From: Octopus bimaculoides
Lineage: Eukaryota
Reading direction: 5' to 3'
NCBI RefSeq assembly: GCF_001194135.2
Contig: NC_068982.1
Location: 115,282,989-115,346,988, forward strand
Length of the DNA stretch: 64,000 nucleotides
Part shown: one piece after another, positions 1-12,960 of the stretch
Layout of the letters: each line of letters opens with the position of its first letter
Numbering within the stretch: position 1 is the first letter of the stretch
Position numbers and translations under genes: made by a program
Notes under the pieces: generated by a model
What the model was told of the DNA's origin: nothing
Database searches by the model: none
The model's input: the letters and a program-made list of their open reading frames with translations, nothing else

Positions 1-306
1 AAACATTTCATGTGTCACCCGCACAAGAGCCAGTCCAGGGTCACTGGCAACGATCTCGCTCGAAGGATTTCATGTGTTGCTCGCACATGAGCCAGTCCAG
101 GGGCACCGGCAACGATCCTGCTCGAAAAACCTCATGTGTCACCCGCACAAGAGCCAGCCCAGGGGCGTCGCCCGCACATGAGCCAGTCCAGAGGCACTGG
201 CAACGAACCCGCTCAAACATTTCATGTGTCACCCGCACAAGAGTCAGTCCAGGGGCACCGGCAACGATCTCGCTCGAAAGATATCATGTGTTGCCCACAC
301 ATGAGC
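1..306. repeat. GC-rich ~62-bp minisatellite, truncated by window start
   Basis: TCATGTGT recurs at 8, 70, 132, 222 and 284 (spacings 62, 62, 90, 62). Unit is approximately TCATGTGTCACCCGCACAAGAGCCAGTCCAGGGGCACCGGCAACGATCTCGCTCGAAAGAT. Confidence 0.9.
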
Positions 307-1050
307 GACATAATATAGCATATTCTTCTGGATTATAGTTGTATTCACTATGTAACATTTATGAAGAGTAGATGAGTGTGATGGTACATGTGCCACTGAT
401 TGGTGCAATATTAGGACACCCTACTGAAGCTAAAAGTAGTCAGGGTTTTAAGATACCTTGAATATTGTCAATGATGTTTGGTCATTGAGAAAAGTATAAC
501 ACAAATTACCATAATTGTTAAAGCATAAAGTGACAAATTTAATACAAAACAACAGGTGTTAAATTTGGAGATTGCATTATATTTGAATGTAAAAAAGATA
601 ATGGAATGAGGTGTCATAAAATATATGACAAAATATGAGGTGTCACATTACATTTGAGATTAAACTGAACTCAAGTAAGTACGGGAACTTCAAAAATCTT
701 AAGTTCTTACACACAAATATAGGGTCATTATTTTTTGGCTGATAAGTCAATGAGCTATGGGAGCCAAGGAGCGAAAGGACCAAAGCAATGGACTAAAAAT
801 ATATATTTTTTTTTACCTATTCCATTGGGGATAAGAGATCAGTAATCTTTGCAAGCCCTTGAAAATTGTTGAGGTTTGAATCATAAAAGTTTTCAATTCA
901 TCATTTGTTTTTATCATCATCATTCCATGTCTATGTTTCATGATGGCAACGTCTGAATGGTTTGACAGGATCCTACATTTCCCAGGACCACATTGTGTTC
1001 CAGTGTCTGCTTTGGCATGATTTCTGTGGCTGGATGCTCTTTCTTTCCAC

Positions 1051-1324
1051 CAGTGGTTCCCAAAGTGAGTGGTATTGCCCCCTTGGGGGAGGTGGAAGTT
1101 CCAAGGTGGCATTGAAGAAAAGTGGGGTGGTAATGGGGTTGTGATTCATGTAAAAACAACGAAATAATGGGTTCATTAGGTTAAGTTTTATTTGAGAAAT
1201 ACAGTTGCTTTGAATTTGCTTCAGAAAGAGGTCTATGTTCGTGAGGGTTAGTTGGAGTGGGGGCACTAGGAATGTGGTCAGGGTGTCAATGGGGTGGCAG
1301 CCTGAAAAAGTTTGGGAACCACTG
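1051..1324. mobile_element. hAT (Charlie-like) MITE
   Basis: Perfect 14-bp TIRs CAGTGGTTCCCAAA (1051-1064) and TTTGGGAACCACTG (1311-1324). Flanking 8-mers CTTTCCAC/CTTTACAA match 6/8 (degenerate TSD). No ORF. Confidence 0.75.
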
Positions 1325-4300
1325 CTTTACAATATATACTGGGTGTTCTTTTTATGCCATTGGCTATTGAAGTTGTCATGCAATTTACAAGACTACAAAC
1401 CCAAGGGAAAGGTTTGGTTTTATGCAAGGGAGTGAGAGAAGAGAGGGTGCAAAGCAGGTTCTTGTAGAGGAGCTGCATAATTACTCACATTTATTGTTAA
1501 GAATTTACATGGAACATGACTGTTCCAATGTAAGAGAGCTAAGTGACATTGGAGAACCCTGTTCAACATGGCAGGATGTGTGCTTAGAGAGAAGCAAGAA
1601 TTTCCCTTAATAGTGGTAACAGTGCTATTTTAGATGGTTCTTTTTAAAACATAGCATTTCTACCTGTTCCTTTCAAACTCCTACCTTCAATAATATCTAC
1701 TCTACAACTCTGTCTACCCTCTCACAATTATAAAGTGTCCCTCTCATACTTTACCCTCTCTCATCATCTCATGTAGAATCATCATATTCTCTCTTCTATT
1801 CTCCTTCAAGTCTTGGGAGGCTTTGAGGCTCTTTAGTCTTGCAAGTTGCAAGGCCATCCCATTAGTGCTGGTGCTACAAAAAAAAAAAAGAAGCATCTGG
1901 TACACTTTATAATGTGGTTGGTGTCAGGAAGGGCATCCATCAATAGAAACCACACCAAAAGAGGGGAATTGGAGCATAACATAGTCCTCTGGCTTGCTGG
2001 GTCCAGTTAAATGGTCCAATGCATGCCAACATGGGAAGTGGATTAAAATGATGATGATATACACACATACCCATGCACACAAACACACATAGAGGAATAA
2101 ACATAAAACACTGTTATAAGATCTTAAAGAGAGAACTCAAAACATTGTTGTGGGGTAAATATATTTATTATGCTAATGTTTCAATTTACCAGCTTCATTA
2201 TTGAGTTTTATGGCAGTATGGACAATGTTTGGATTGGACTGCTTTCTTTTTTATGAGCTTTCTCAGGTCACATGATCTTTTTATACTTGATGTTGACTAG
2301 TGTTCAATTTTTCACAGATGTATGTGTGTTGGGGGTGATTACTAGATTTTAATCAGTATGGTTGCTGCAGTTTCTTCAGATAGAAATTATTTGAATCCAA
2401 ATTAAGAGATCAGATTTTACTAAGGAGCTGGACAAGAAACGTCAGTGATCATAACTTTTGTAGGCCCTAAAAATTGTCATTTGTTGATGGTTTCATATGG
2501 CTGTTAGGGAGATATCTAAGAGCCAGGCAATGATTAATGTTTTTCGTCCAGACTCTATAATTATTTGATCTTTAATTTGCAGTTGCCATTCCTTTTATGT
2601 TATTAGATATATTTACATAAAGTTATTAAATTCCACACCTAACATGGATAATGGAAGTTGTGAATGGAAGGCTATGGTTTCTCTTGAGTTTTCCATCAAT
2701 TCAATGTACCTGGCTTGTTTATTGTTATTTGGTGTTAGGCTGGTAATGTATAATAATACTCTTCATAGATCATCACTGTTTGGACAGTTGTTATGTATTT
2801 AGTGTCCAGTTCACCTGCACTACTAATAATTCCTTGACAATGATTTCTTTATAGTGTTATGGTTTCTATATTGGGCTTGCAACTGAAGATAACTTTTATA
2901 CTGTTTTTGTCAAATTATTTCTAATATCTGTGTCCATTTTGGAAATGTTTTCTGATCATTTCTCATCTGTGGATATACATCCCAAATTAAGTACTTAAAT
3001 TAGTCAAACAAATGTTTAAACTTACACAACTATTCAAACTATTTAGCATGCAAAAAGTCTTGAAATAATTAAAATAATAATAATAAAGTATTAAGTTTAC
3101 AGCATGTAGTTCTTGTAGTTTTTTGCAATGTAGTCCAGGTTAGCCATGATTGAGCAAAGCTATGTCAGTCGGGTGTGACTTACAGATCTATGATTCCAAA
3201 GAAACCATACCTTCACTTAGCTGAGAACCATACTACATATTCTGATATGCAGCAGTTAATTGTACAGAGTGCAGTATGACAGTCTAGACATGTTGCACCC
3301 TCTCCATCATCCATTTTAATTTTGTATGCCTGTAGATTTTGATGGTCACCACAGCAAAGACAGGCCACTTGTTATTTTTTTAACAAGATTGTTGTCAAAA
3401 GATTGTATGCTGGAATTAATGAATAAAGAGACTAATTTAGAACAGACAACCTAATTAAGTTGATGATAGATCTTAATGGAACTGGAATATAATTAAAACA
3501 TTATCAGCATTATTTCTAAATAAATGCTTTACAGTTCATATGACATACACATAAGCCAAAAAGGAAAAATTATTGTAATTTTTATAGTGGTTGTTGTTGG
3601 ATACTTCTAATCAGCTGTATTTGGGTAGACTTATGATAACACAATAGTAAATTGAACACTTAGCATATCACAGGTTTATCGATCTGGATATTTTATGCTT
3701 CAGTCTACTCTGAAACCATTTTGCACACTTCACTATTCAGTGAGTGGCTTGTTGGGAACAGAGCAACAATCAGGTCTTGTATGGTGTATAGAATGACAGT
3801 TACATCATATTATATGGAGTACACCATAGTAGTCAGCTCATGTTGTGTGAAATAGAATGGGTATCATGCCATAGTGTCTAGGGTACAATGTAGTAGTCAG
3901 GTCATATTGTGTGAGATATTGTATATTTGTGGAAATGAGTCGTGTGAGGTACAGAGAAACAGTGAGGTCAAGTTATGTGGAATGCTGTATGGCAATGAAG
4001 ACATGTGTAGCAGTCAGGCTATGCGTGAGGTACAGTGTGGCATTCACAGCTTATTGTATGTAGGGAAGAGAGTGAAAGTCACACCAAATTGCATAAAGTA
4101 CAGTATGGTAGTCGTTAAAGGTTGTGTATGATGTATGTATAGTAGCTGTCTGTTGTGAGGAAACTCTTCTTATCACTTGTACAATAGCCTAAACGATTCT
4201 ATGTTACTGGTCATGCATCTTTCTTCCTCCTATCACATATACTACGTTCCACTTCCTCTGGGACTTTCTTTCTGTATAGTGAGGTCAGGTTTTCTATGAT

Positions 4301-4389
4301 GAACAGATTTGAACTCAACATTGCATGTAACAAAACACTCATCAATTTTAAAGTTCTCTTCTCTTCTTGAGGTGCTACATTGAGTCGTC

Positions 4390-5235
4390 GTCATCATCTT
4401 CATCATCATCATCATTTACTGTCCCTTTTTCCATGCTGGCATGGGTTGGACAGTTTGACAAGAGAGCTCCACCAGGTTCTATGTTGGCTTTCTACAATTG
4501 GATGTCCTTCCTAATGCCAACCACTTATCAGAGTGTACTGGGTGCTTTTTACATGACACCAGCACTGGTGAAGTCATCAAAGAGCTGCAAGATAAGACCC
4601 CTCAAATGAGTAGGGTATAGACTGGAGAAAGAAACTATGGCAGCGTGACAGGAGCAGGTGTCTTGCCGAAAAAGTGAACACGTGGCTTGTTCACTTGGAA
4701 AGTGAAAGGGAGAGGAAGAAAGAGATGTGAAGTCCAGGTACAACATGAATAAGACAAAGTAAGAAGTGCACCGAACGAAAACTGTGGTAGATGATGAGAG
4801 ATAGGGAATGATCTGGTTGCAGAGGATATCAGTCCAGTGTAGTGGGGAGTGAAGAAAATAAGAGATGAAGTGCATAGGAAGGCTTGACAGAGCCTCAATT
4901 CTTCTGACATGGACAGGTCTTCTCAAGCACAGCATAATGCCATTCATTTCAGTCTCCTGTCATCTCCTCTGAGAGGTTCAATATCTTGAGGTCAGTCTTT
5001 ACCACTTTGTCCTACATCTTCTTAGGGCTGCCTCTTCCACATGTTCTTTCTATGTTTAGTGATCCACACTTCTTTATACAGTTGTCCTCATCCACCCACA
5101 TCACATGACCATAGCAGTGCAATCTTCTCTCTTACACAATACATCTGATGCCTTTTATGCCCAAACTTTCTCTATGCACATTTGTACTTTGTCATACATG
5201 CACATTGACATTGCACATCCATTGAAGCATACATG
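4390..5235 (-). mobile_element. RTE-clade LINE 3' fragment (RT C-terminus, 3'UTR, (TGA)n tail)
   Basis: The minus strand shows a degenerate RTE C-terminal coding segment. It is followed by the shared 3'UTR ending GCATGGAAAA..(TGA)n, seen on + as (CAT)n at ~4390-4415. Confidence 0.7.
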
Positions 5236-8200
5236 AACAGTAAATATCTTTGCCAGATATACAGTATAGGGATGATGACAAGATTTGAACTAGTGATATT
5301 TTTGCCAGTTGTTTGACACCAACTCACCTCAAGCAGTGGATTTAATTTGGTTCAATTATTTTGTAAATTCATAAATGTGCAGAATTATGGAGGGTGGGAT
5401 AATTGTTATAAACAAAGCTGATAATAAAACATCATAATTTATGATATATTCAAGAGATAATCCTAATTTTGTCTAGGTTGAGACTATAGTAATTCATTTT
5501 ACTCTAATACATCCCACTTTTGCTTTGTACCTATGTGTGTAACCATATTTCTCTCAATATATGGTCAGTATTTCAATGTATGCTGCTCTAGTAACTATCA
5601 AAATTTCTCTATAATTATGGTTAATATTTCAGTGCGTTTTATAATTCAAATTATTTTAGCTACAAATGTCTGAGAGAAACTGAGTTACTATAAACTGTTG
5701 TGTGTGTGCACATGCATGCATGTGTGCACACACATATATGCATGAAACATTTGTTGCTATGTATATATATGTGTATGTGTGTGTGTGGTGAGTATTTGAA
5801 TGTATTTCATACTACTGTTATAACCATAACCTAATTAAGAAATTATGTCCAATATATCTCTAGATATGTGATCAATGTTTGGATTTCTTTTGCAACATTC
5901 CATTTTTCAATATAACTCAAAGATCATTCAGAACATGTCAAGTTGAATAGAACTTGATTGTCTATTTAGTATTTACAAAATTGGCAAAAAAAAAAAAGTA
6001 TTGGAATTTTAAAAACACTCTTTTGTTAGTAATCATTGCTAAAAGTAATTGTGCTCTGGTAACTTCAGTAATTTCTGAGACATTGGACTGACACTCAAGA
6101 ACTGGATAAAAATAGAATGATAGTAGTTGTGCACAATAGTTTTACAATGACAGTGCATTGGCAGGATGATAATGGTGATATCATAATCATTTTGTTTTTG
6201 AACTTAAACCAATCTTCTCTTTTTAATTCCACTATGACACAATGCCACAACTCCTCCAAGATATATCCATATATAAATATCAACAGCACTCATAGATTCA
6301 TTAGTCCCAAATACTGTGTTGAGATAAATAGCAATGTAAATGCAAATTACTAGCAACTATCATCATTTCTCACTATTTCCGCCTGTGACAAAATGTGCAC
6401 TAACATGAGATTGTTGCCTTCATAGTTTGAATCTATGTTATTAAACATACCTCATGTTAGTTTCATCAGCCATACTCTTCCGTACTGGCTTAAGATATGT
6501 TGGAAGAGGGTACTAATCTTGAAGTTTTCCTTCTCTTAGACTGATTGCTTTCACCACAGCTAAGGAGTTTGATCTACTCTTACAAAAATCTATTAAACCC
6601 ATACACTGTACCCTCACAGGTACTACCATTCTGGATCAGTATGGAGCTGGGAATGACGGTAACTAAGAAGAAACTCCACACTCTCCACAACTCCCGAACT
6701 GCAGCTTCACCACTGGATGCAGTTTAATGCCATACCCAGGACATTAAACTGTCATACTTATGTTTTGCCTATTTTCACTGTTGCCATTATCAGAACTTAC
6801 AGGAATACAGAAACAGATTGGACAGCAATGAAACCACAACAATGCTCTGACTGAACTTCATATGACAAATCACAGTATGTCAATGTGCAATATGATCCTC
6901 AAGAAGGAAGCATGGTATATCTGGGGCACTGAACCTGTGGATCTCACTTTATCATTCAACTGAGCAGACCTACATAGAATGTCTTCCTATGGGTTAATAA
7001 CAACACTACCTGCTAGAAATAGCAGCCAAATCTTTTCTCAAAATCTTTTCTTAAAAAGGGAATAATATATTAGATAATATAGTGGAGTACCATCAAAGTA
7101 AAAAGACAGAATGCTCACAGTTGGCATGCTTTTCAGGTTTGCTTGCAGTTAGGACTGCTAAACAATAAGCTTGCATATTACATTTTGCAGCATAGATATT
7201 TGTCCAGCTTGTGTACATAGATATTCATAATGTTTCAGGGACGACTTTAGGCGTCAAACCCCCAGTTTTAATATGTATTGTATAATTACTTTTGGTTACT
7301 TTTTATCAAAGCACCACTATCATAATGATCACCATTACTATTATTATTCCTTATTAACTAATTATAATATTTTAATGCATTAATAGATTTAATTTTTAAT
7401 CATGTCATGGATTTGTCTTCTGGGGATTTATATTTTCTATTTTTATATACTCTTAATTAAATTTCTGAATTCCATAGATATATCAAAACGCTTGATTAAA
7501 GAAAAACTATAAAATTCTAATTTCATATAAAAAGGAAGGTGAATGAACGAGAAGATGCTAAGCGGAATGATTGAATTGAAAGGGAGAAAAGAATGAAGTA
7601 CGTAAATATAGAAAAAAAAAAGAAAAGAAACAAAGAAGTGAGGGATTAAAAAAAAGGGGGAGAAAAATAGAAAGAACAAAAAAAAGGAAGATATAAATGA
7701 ATAAAAACGAGAACGAAAAACAAAAAGAGGTAACTGAAGTATATATACACATATATGTTCGAAAGAAAACGGATATCTAGTAGAATATTCTAGACGAAAA
7801 CTGTCAAATTGAGGTGGGCTGTAATAAACAATCTAAATGGAAGTTAACAAAAGAACAAAATGAATAAACTTGCTTACTGGCCTTTTTTGACTGTCCATCT
7901 TTAACATTGTCTCTCTCTCTCTCCCTCTCTCTCTCTCTCTGATCAAATTTAATTACTGTTTACAATCCCACTATTCACCGCCATTGTTGCATGTCAACAG
8001 ATGTTGTCATGGAGACCATCAAACATTATAACAAGTCACTTACTTTGCAACTTAGTTTCGTATCTATTAATCTCTCGCACTTCTATTTTCTATTTGCGTT
8101 AGTTTCGTCGATTAAACAGACAAGAGGATGGACCAAGAAGAACGTGCAGAACAAATAAAAGACAAAATAATCGTTGGGTGGTTGCATCTACCCTTTGTAG

Positions 8201-8392
8201 TATTTACAAGTGAGAGATATTTAAAACGAGCTATAGTGAAGNNNNNNNNNNCCACCCACCCAAAAAACTTAGAAATTTCCTGTTAGCCTCAGTGTTGCTC
8301 AGCACTTTTGGAAGGGTGGGGGTCGCCAATCGACAGTTGGGGAAAAGAATGTCCTGTTAGTGCAAGCTGTGTGTAAAATAATAATCTGTTTC

Positions 8393-8605
8393 TAACACAA
8401 CCACAAGGCCACAAATTTGGGAAGGAAGAGATATAGGTGATTAAATCCACCTCAGTATTTGACTGGTTCTTTATTTGATCAACTTTAGGAGAATGAAAGA
8501 TAAACTGACCTCAGTGGGATTTGAATTTGGAATGTAAAGAGCTGGAACAAATACTACAAAGTATTTGTCCCAATTTTGCAAATCCACTGAGTGAGCATTC
8601 TGCTG
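8393..8605 (-). mobile_element. tRNA-derived SINE, family B, degenerate copy
   Basis: Reverse complement aligns by eye with the copy at 19588-19798. Confidence 0.55.
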
Positions 8606-9082
8606 GTCAGCCTACTGATTCTATCAGTGATATTGCTTTGAGAGGTAGTGGTTTGAGAGAATTTGTTGAATGGTTGACTGACAAAATAGTGGTTGTAGTG
8701 GTGTATTAACTGTAGTGGGAGAATGATGGCTGACAAAATGTCTTATGGCATTTAGTCACAACTCTTTACATCCTGAATTCAAATCCAGCTGAAACACCAG
8801 CTCATTCAGGAAGAGATAGGCCCTACAGAGTAGGAAGATGTCACAACACAGAGGGAGGTGGCAAGATTGAATCCAGGCCACCACAAGCAACTTTGAGAGG
8901 GCCAGAACAACTAAGGCAGATGAGAAGCTCCAAAGATGAAAAGAGTCATTGTCACAACCCCCGTCTGACCAAAACCTATGCATTTGTCCCTAGTGCACCA
9001 GAGTCTGTTGTTTAAGGATCAATTTACATAGTCCATTGAAGGTGTGTCACTCTTCCACATGATCTTTGAACATGAAAACCTG

Positions 9083-9114
<32 letters not shown>

Positions 9115-9311
9115 AGCATCGTCATCATCATTGTCATCACCATCATCATCATCAATTAAAGTATATTTTTGATATTAGTGTTTATTGTGCTCATTAAGGT
9201 ATTATTCCTGGTATTATACTCCATGTTGTGTTCCCTATAGTTTTCACAGCTTGCAACAGTAACATATTGTTCATAATGTAATATTTTCATGGTGTAATAT
9301 TTTGTTCATAA

Positions 9312-9749
9312 GATAACGTCTTTTCATGTCTCCTTATTTTCAAGGAAGTGAATCCTTCAACCATGTAGCAGCAACAAATAGCCCCCTGAAATATAACTAC
9401 ACATATCAGCTCAATAATGTGCAGCTAAGCTGATTACATATCCTGGTGTCACTAACATTTATAACATAACTTTTGGCTTACACATAAAAATAATGTGGAG
9501 AAAGATTTTTTTTAAGGTTTCTCAATAAATAAATATATAAATATAAAAGTAACAACTAAAAATTAGACCTTGAAATATAACACTATTTGTTGACACATCA
9601 TTGAATATGACAAACCAGTATACAACTCATATTCAAAGAAAAACACCAATAACCTGAAATTCAAATAAGGTTTTCAGATATATAAGTGACAGAATGGAAG
9701 CTGAAGGATTCACTTCCTTGAAAATAAAGAAACATAAAAAGATGTCATC
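9312..9749. mobile_element. Fold-back/MITE-like element with 48-bp inverted repeats
   Basis: 9312-9359 vs reverse complement of 9702-9749: 43/48 identical, with the inner 26 bp perfect. Confidence 0.55.
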
Positions 9750-10966
9750 ACTATAGGCAAAATCTTATAGAGTGAACTGCTTGTAAACTGTAAAAATTAC
9801 TAGGAATACAACATGGGGCATAACATTAGGATTGATATCTTAAAGGAGCATAACAAATGCTGATGCAAAAAAGCATACTTTAATTGCATGCTTAATATTA
9901 TGCCAAACACTAACACAACCAAACACTGACTAAAGAAAACACATAACTTTGAATCAAATTTATATTTCAAGAGTCTGCAAGTGTTTGAAGTCAGCAAGAA
10001 GATAAAGGTTTAAGTCAGTATGGTAGATACAGAAGAGTGTAATAAATAGCAAAAAGAAAAGAAAGGAAATACATTGAATCAACAAATGAAGAATTATTAA
10101 ATAAAAATTTTATAAAAATAAAATGAACTAAATTTATGTTTTAGCATTCTTGAGTTACAAAATATTTTGTCAGCTTTGTTGACTGACTAATGGGGAGGGA
10201 ATGTGAGATTATGGTAGCTGCTGGAGTGAAACAAGTGCATTTGCTTCACTACATATCTATAAACAAGTAAATTTCCAGTTGACAACCTTTGATCTTTGAA
10301 CAAATTGTGTCTGAGAATTCCTTGGTGAACATGTCTAAGCCTGTTTAAGCCTGACAAGGCTTGTTGGTTTCCTGGTGGTCATTGCCAGTTGTTTAGATTT
10401 TTCCTTTACTACTACAATCCTTCCTTTTTGCCAATGGTTTAGTCAAAGATAACAAGTGCCCTTGACCTCTGAAAATCCTCCAAGTCTGATGAGGTCAGTA
10501 CAGTTGATGTTCAGGTTTAACATCTGTCAGTCAATGTCTGAAAGAAGAATGTAGGTCATTCAACAGAAAAAAGATTGAGAGAAAGTGGTTAGGTGGGTCA
10601 TGAGAATAGATATTTAAGAGTGTCGTTGTTGTTTAGTGTTATGCCAGCCCTGATTGAGTAGAGCTGTAATCAAAGACATTCCAACTGTAGCACAATCCCA
10701 TCAAGTCAACATTACTTAGTGTATCCTTCCCTTTTCTAAGATGGCAGGGTGTATCTGAGAGAGATTTCAGTGCTGTTTCTACTAAATTGAGCAGCCATGT
10801 AGAGACTCTCAAGTTAATATTTTTGTCTTTTTCTATGTGATTTTTCGATAAGAACAACTTTATCGCTAAAATGAGTTCATGAACCAATGAGGTACTTCTA
10901 CATGGGATTCGACTTGCTAAAAATAGTGAACCAGATTTTAAAAGTACACCGAAGCAGCATTGTTTA

Positions 10967-10970
<4 letters not shown>

Positions 10971-11008
<38 letters not shown>

Positions 11009-11400
11009 NNNNNNNNNNNNNNNNNNNNNNNNNNNNNNNNNNNNNNNNNNNNNNNNNNNNNNNNNNNNNNNNNNNNNNNNNNNNNNNNNNNNNNNNNNNN
11101 NNNNNNNNNNNNNNNNNNNNNNNNNNNNNNNNNNNNNNNNNNNNNNNNNNNNNNNNNNNNNNNNNNNNNNNNNNNNNNNNNNNNNNNNNNNNNNNNNNNN
11201 NNNNNNNNNNNNNNNNNNNNNNNNNNNNNNNNNNNNNNNNNNNNNNNNNNNNNNNNNNNNNNNNNNNNNNNNNNNNNNNNNNNNNNNNNNNNNNNNNNNN
11301 NNNNNNNNNNNNNNNNNNNNNNNNNNNNNNNNNNNNNNNNNNNNNNNNNNNNNNNNNNNNNNNNNNNNNNNNNNNNNNNNNNNNNNNNNNNNNNNNNNNN

Positions 11401-11447
<47 letters not shown>
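10971..11447. repeat. (GA)n microsatellite spanning an assembly gap
   Basis: (GA)n runs on both sides of the N gap at 11009-11400. Confidence 0.9.
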
Positions 11448-11450
<3 letters not shown>

Positions 11451-11464
11451 GAGAGATTTAAGGT

Positions 11465-11745
11465 AATGAGTAGGTTGTTGCTAAAGGAAGACTCCATCAC
11501 CTTTGAGATATTGAAAACTAGTGATAGAATTGGAATGGTAGTTGGTAGGGTCAGATGGGTTGCTTATTTTGGGAATTGGACACATTGTAGTGGGTTTCCA
11601 AAGACTGGGATATATCCTTGTAAAGAGAGTGAGAGATTGAAGAATTTGATAAGGATAGGGGCTAACTCCAAGGTATGTTGTTTGAAGGTAATGGAAGAGA
11701 CATTGTCAGGGTTGGTGGTCTTGTTAGTTTGAAGCAAACCAAGAT
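11465..11745 (-). mobile_element. Non-LTR (CR1/L2/Jockey-like) reverse transcriptase fragment
   Basis: Minus strand reads NKTTNPDNVSSITFKQHTLELAPILIKFFNLSLS..FNISKVMESSFSNNLL, resembling the RT N-terminal K.tGPD.i...lk...elap.l.klFN.SL...isKvmE motifs. It is frameshifted. Confidence 0.7.
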
Positions 11746-11834
11746 GTTTTACTGCTTGTTATATACATGTACATGATGTTGAGATGGGTGGAATGGACAG
11801 GGACAGTTTTTTAGAGGACACTTACTTAGTGTAT

Positions 11835-12960
11835 TCAGTAAAAAGTTGGATGTAAAGCAGACAGCAAATATAAAGGCTTATTCTCAAGGAGTATCATTGA
11901 CAGAGACATTATAGTGAAGAAGTGGAGGGAAAAAGAAATATAGAAAGTTAGTAGAGATCTGATGACATAAGGTTTGTTTGTGTTAGATTGTGGCGATGAA
12001 GGTGGAGGTGTAGGTGATGGTGTGGTCAAAGGTGCATGTGTGGGTGGATGTGTAGGTGGTTGTAAAGGATCAAAAGTGGGCATGGCCAAAGTGTCATCGA
12101 AAGGTGTGGAAACCTCAAAATATGCCTTTTTAAGTCTTTCGAATGACATGGTCTCTGCCCGACCATTGATGTCGAGACTAAAAATTTTGGGTGTGCACAA
12201 TAGTACATGAAATGTTCCTTTATAAGGAGAAACAAGCGGTCCTCTGAGAGAATCATTCCAAACAAAAACATGAGTCCACTTGTTAATGTCTGGTGGAACG
12301 TGAGAGGGAATAGATTGGTCACGCAGATACATTGGTGAAAGACTCGAGAAATACGAGCAAAGTCTGGTGACATATGATGTTGGATCAGGATGTAATGAAT
12401 TGGCTGGTCCTAACGAGAAAGGAATGCTAAAGGTCGAATTTGATTATCGACGGTATGTTGTAAAATGGCACCAACCACAGAATCCAATGCATCAACTGTT
12501 AAAGAGAGACAAGCATCAGGAACCAGATGTGCAAGCAAAGGAACGAAAGCTATTTCCTTCTTGATTGACTCAAAAGAAGATAATGCCTCAGCAGATAAAG
12601 TGATAGGAGAATTTTTTGTTTTATTTGCTTTCAATAGTTGAGTCAAGGGAAGTAACTTGTCTGCACATTTAGGTATGAATCCTGTAGAAGTTGACGATTC
12701 CCAAGAAATGATGCAGTTGGCGTAAAGAAGTGGGAGGAGAGATGCATTGAATTGCATCGACTTTGGAGGAGAGAGGTTGGATACCATTAGAGTCAATATA
12801 ATGACCTAGGAATTCCAGAGAGGTCTGTCCAAAAACACACTTATTGGGGTTGATTCTCACATTGTAGGTGCGAAGACGCTGAAAAAGTTGAGATAAGGGT
12901 TGGAGGTGATTTTCACGTGTGTCGCTTTGGGGTTTTAGCAGGGAGACCAAACTGATAGTT
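11835..12960 (-). mobile_element. Ty3/Gypsy (CsRN1-like) pol remnant: RT, RNase H and integrase C-terminus, internally deleted
   Basis: ORFs give RT (LRTYNVRINPNKCVFGQTSLEFLGH..FLGIVNFYR), RNase H (LSLTVDALDSVVGAILQ..RPLAFLS) and integrase tail (THVFVWNDSLRGPLVSPYKGTFHVL..TMSFERLKKAY). Frameshifts and deletions are present. Confidence 0.9.

Noticed and set aside
1-338. CRISPR array, or protein-coding ORFs (12..338, 136..318, 41..238)
   Set aside because: Units are contiguous with no unique spacers and the context is eukaryotic. The ORFs are by-products of a GC-rich tandem repeat.
10960-11500. Long ORFs of 164-178 aa
   Set aside because: Made of (GA)n plus N-gap codons, so they are artefacts.
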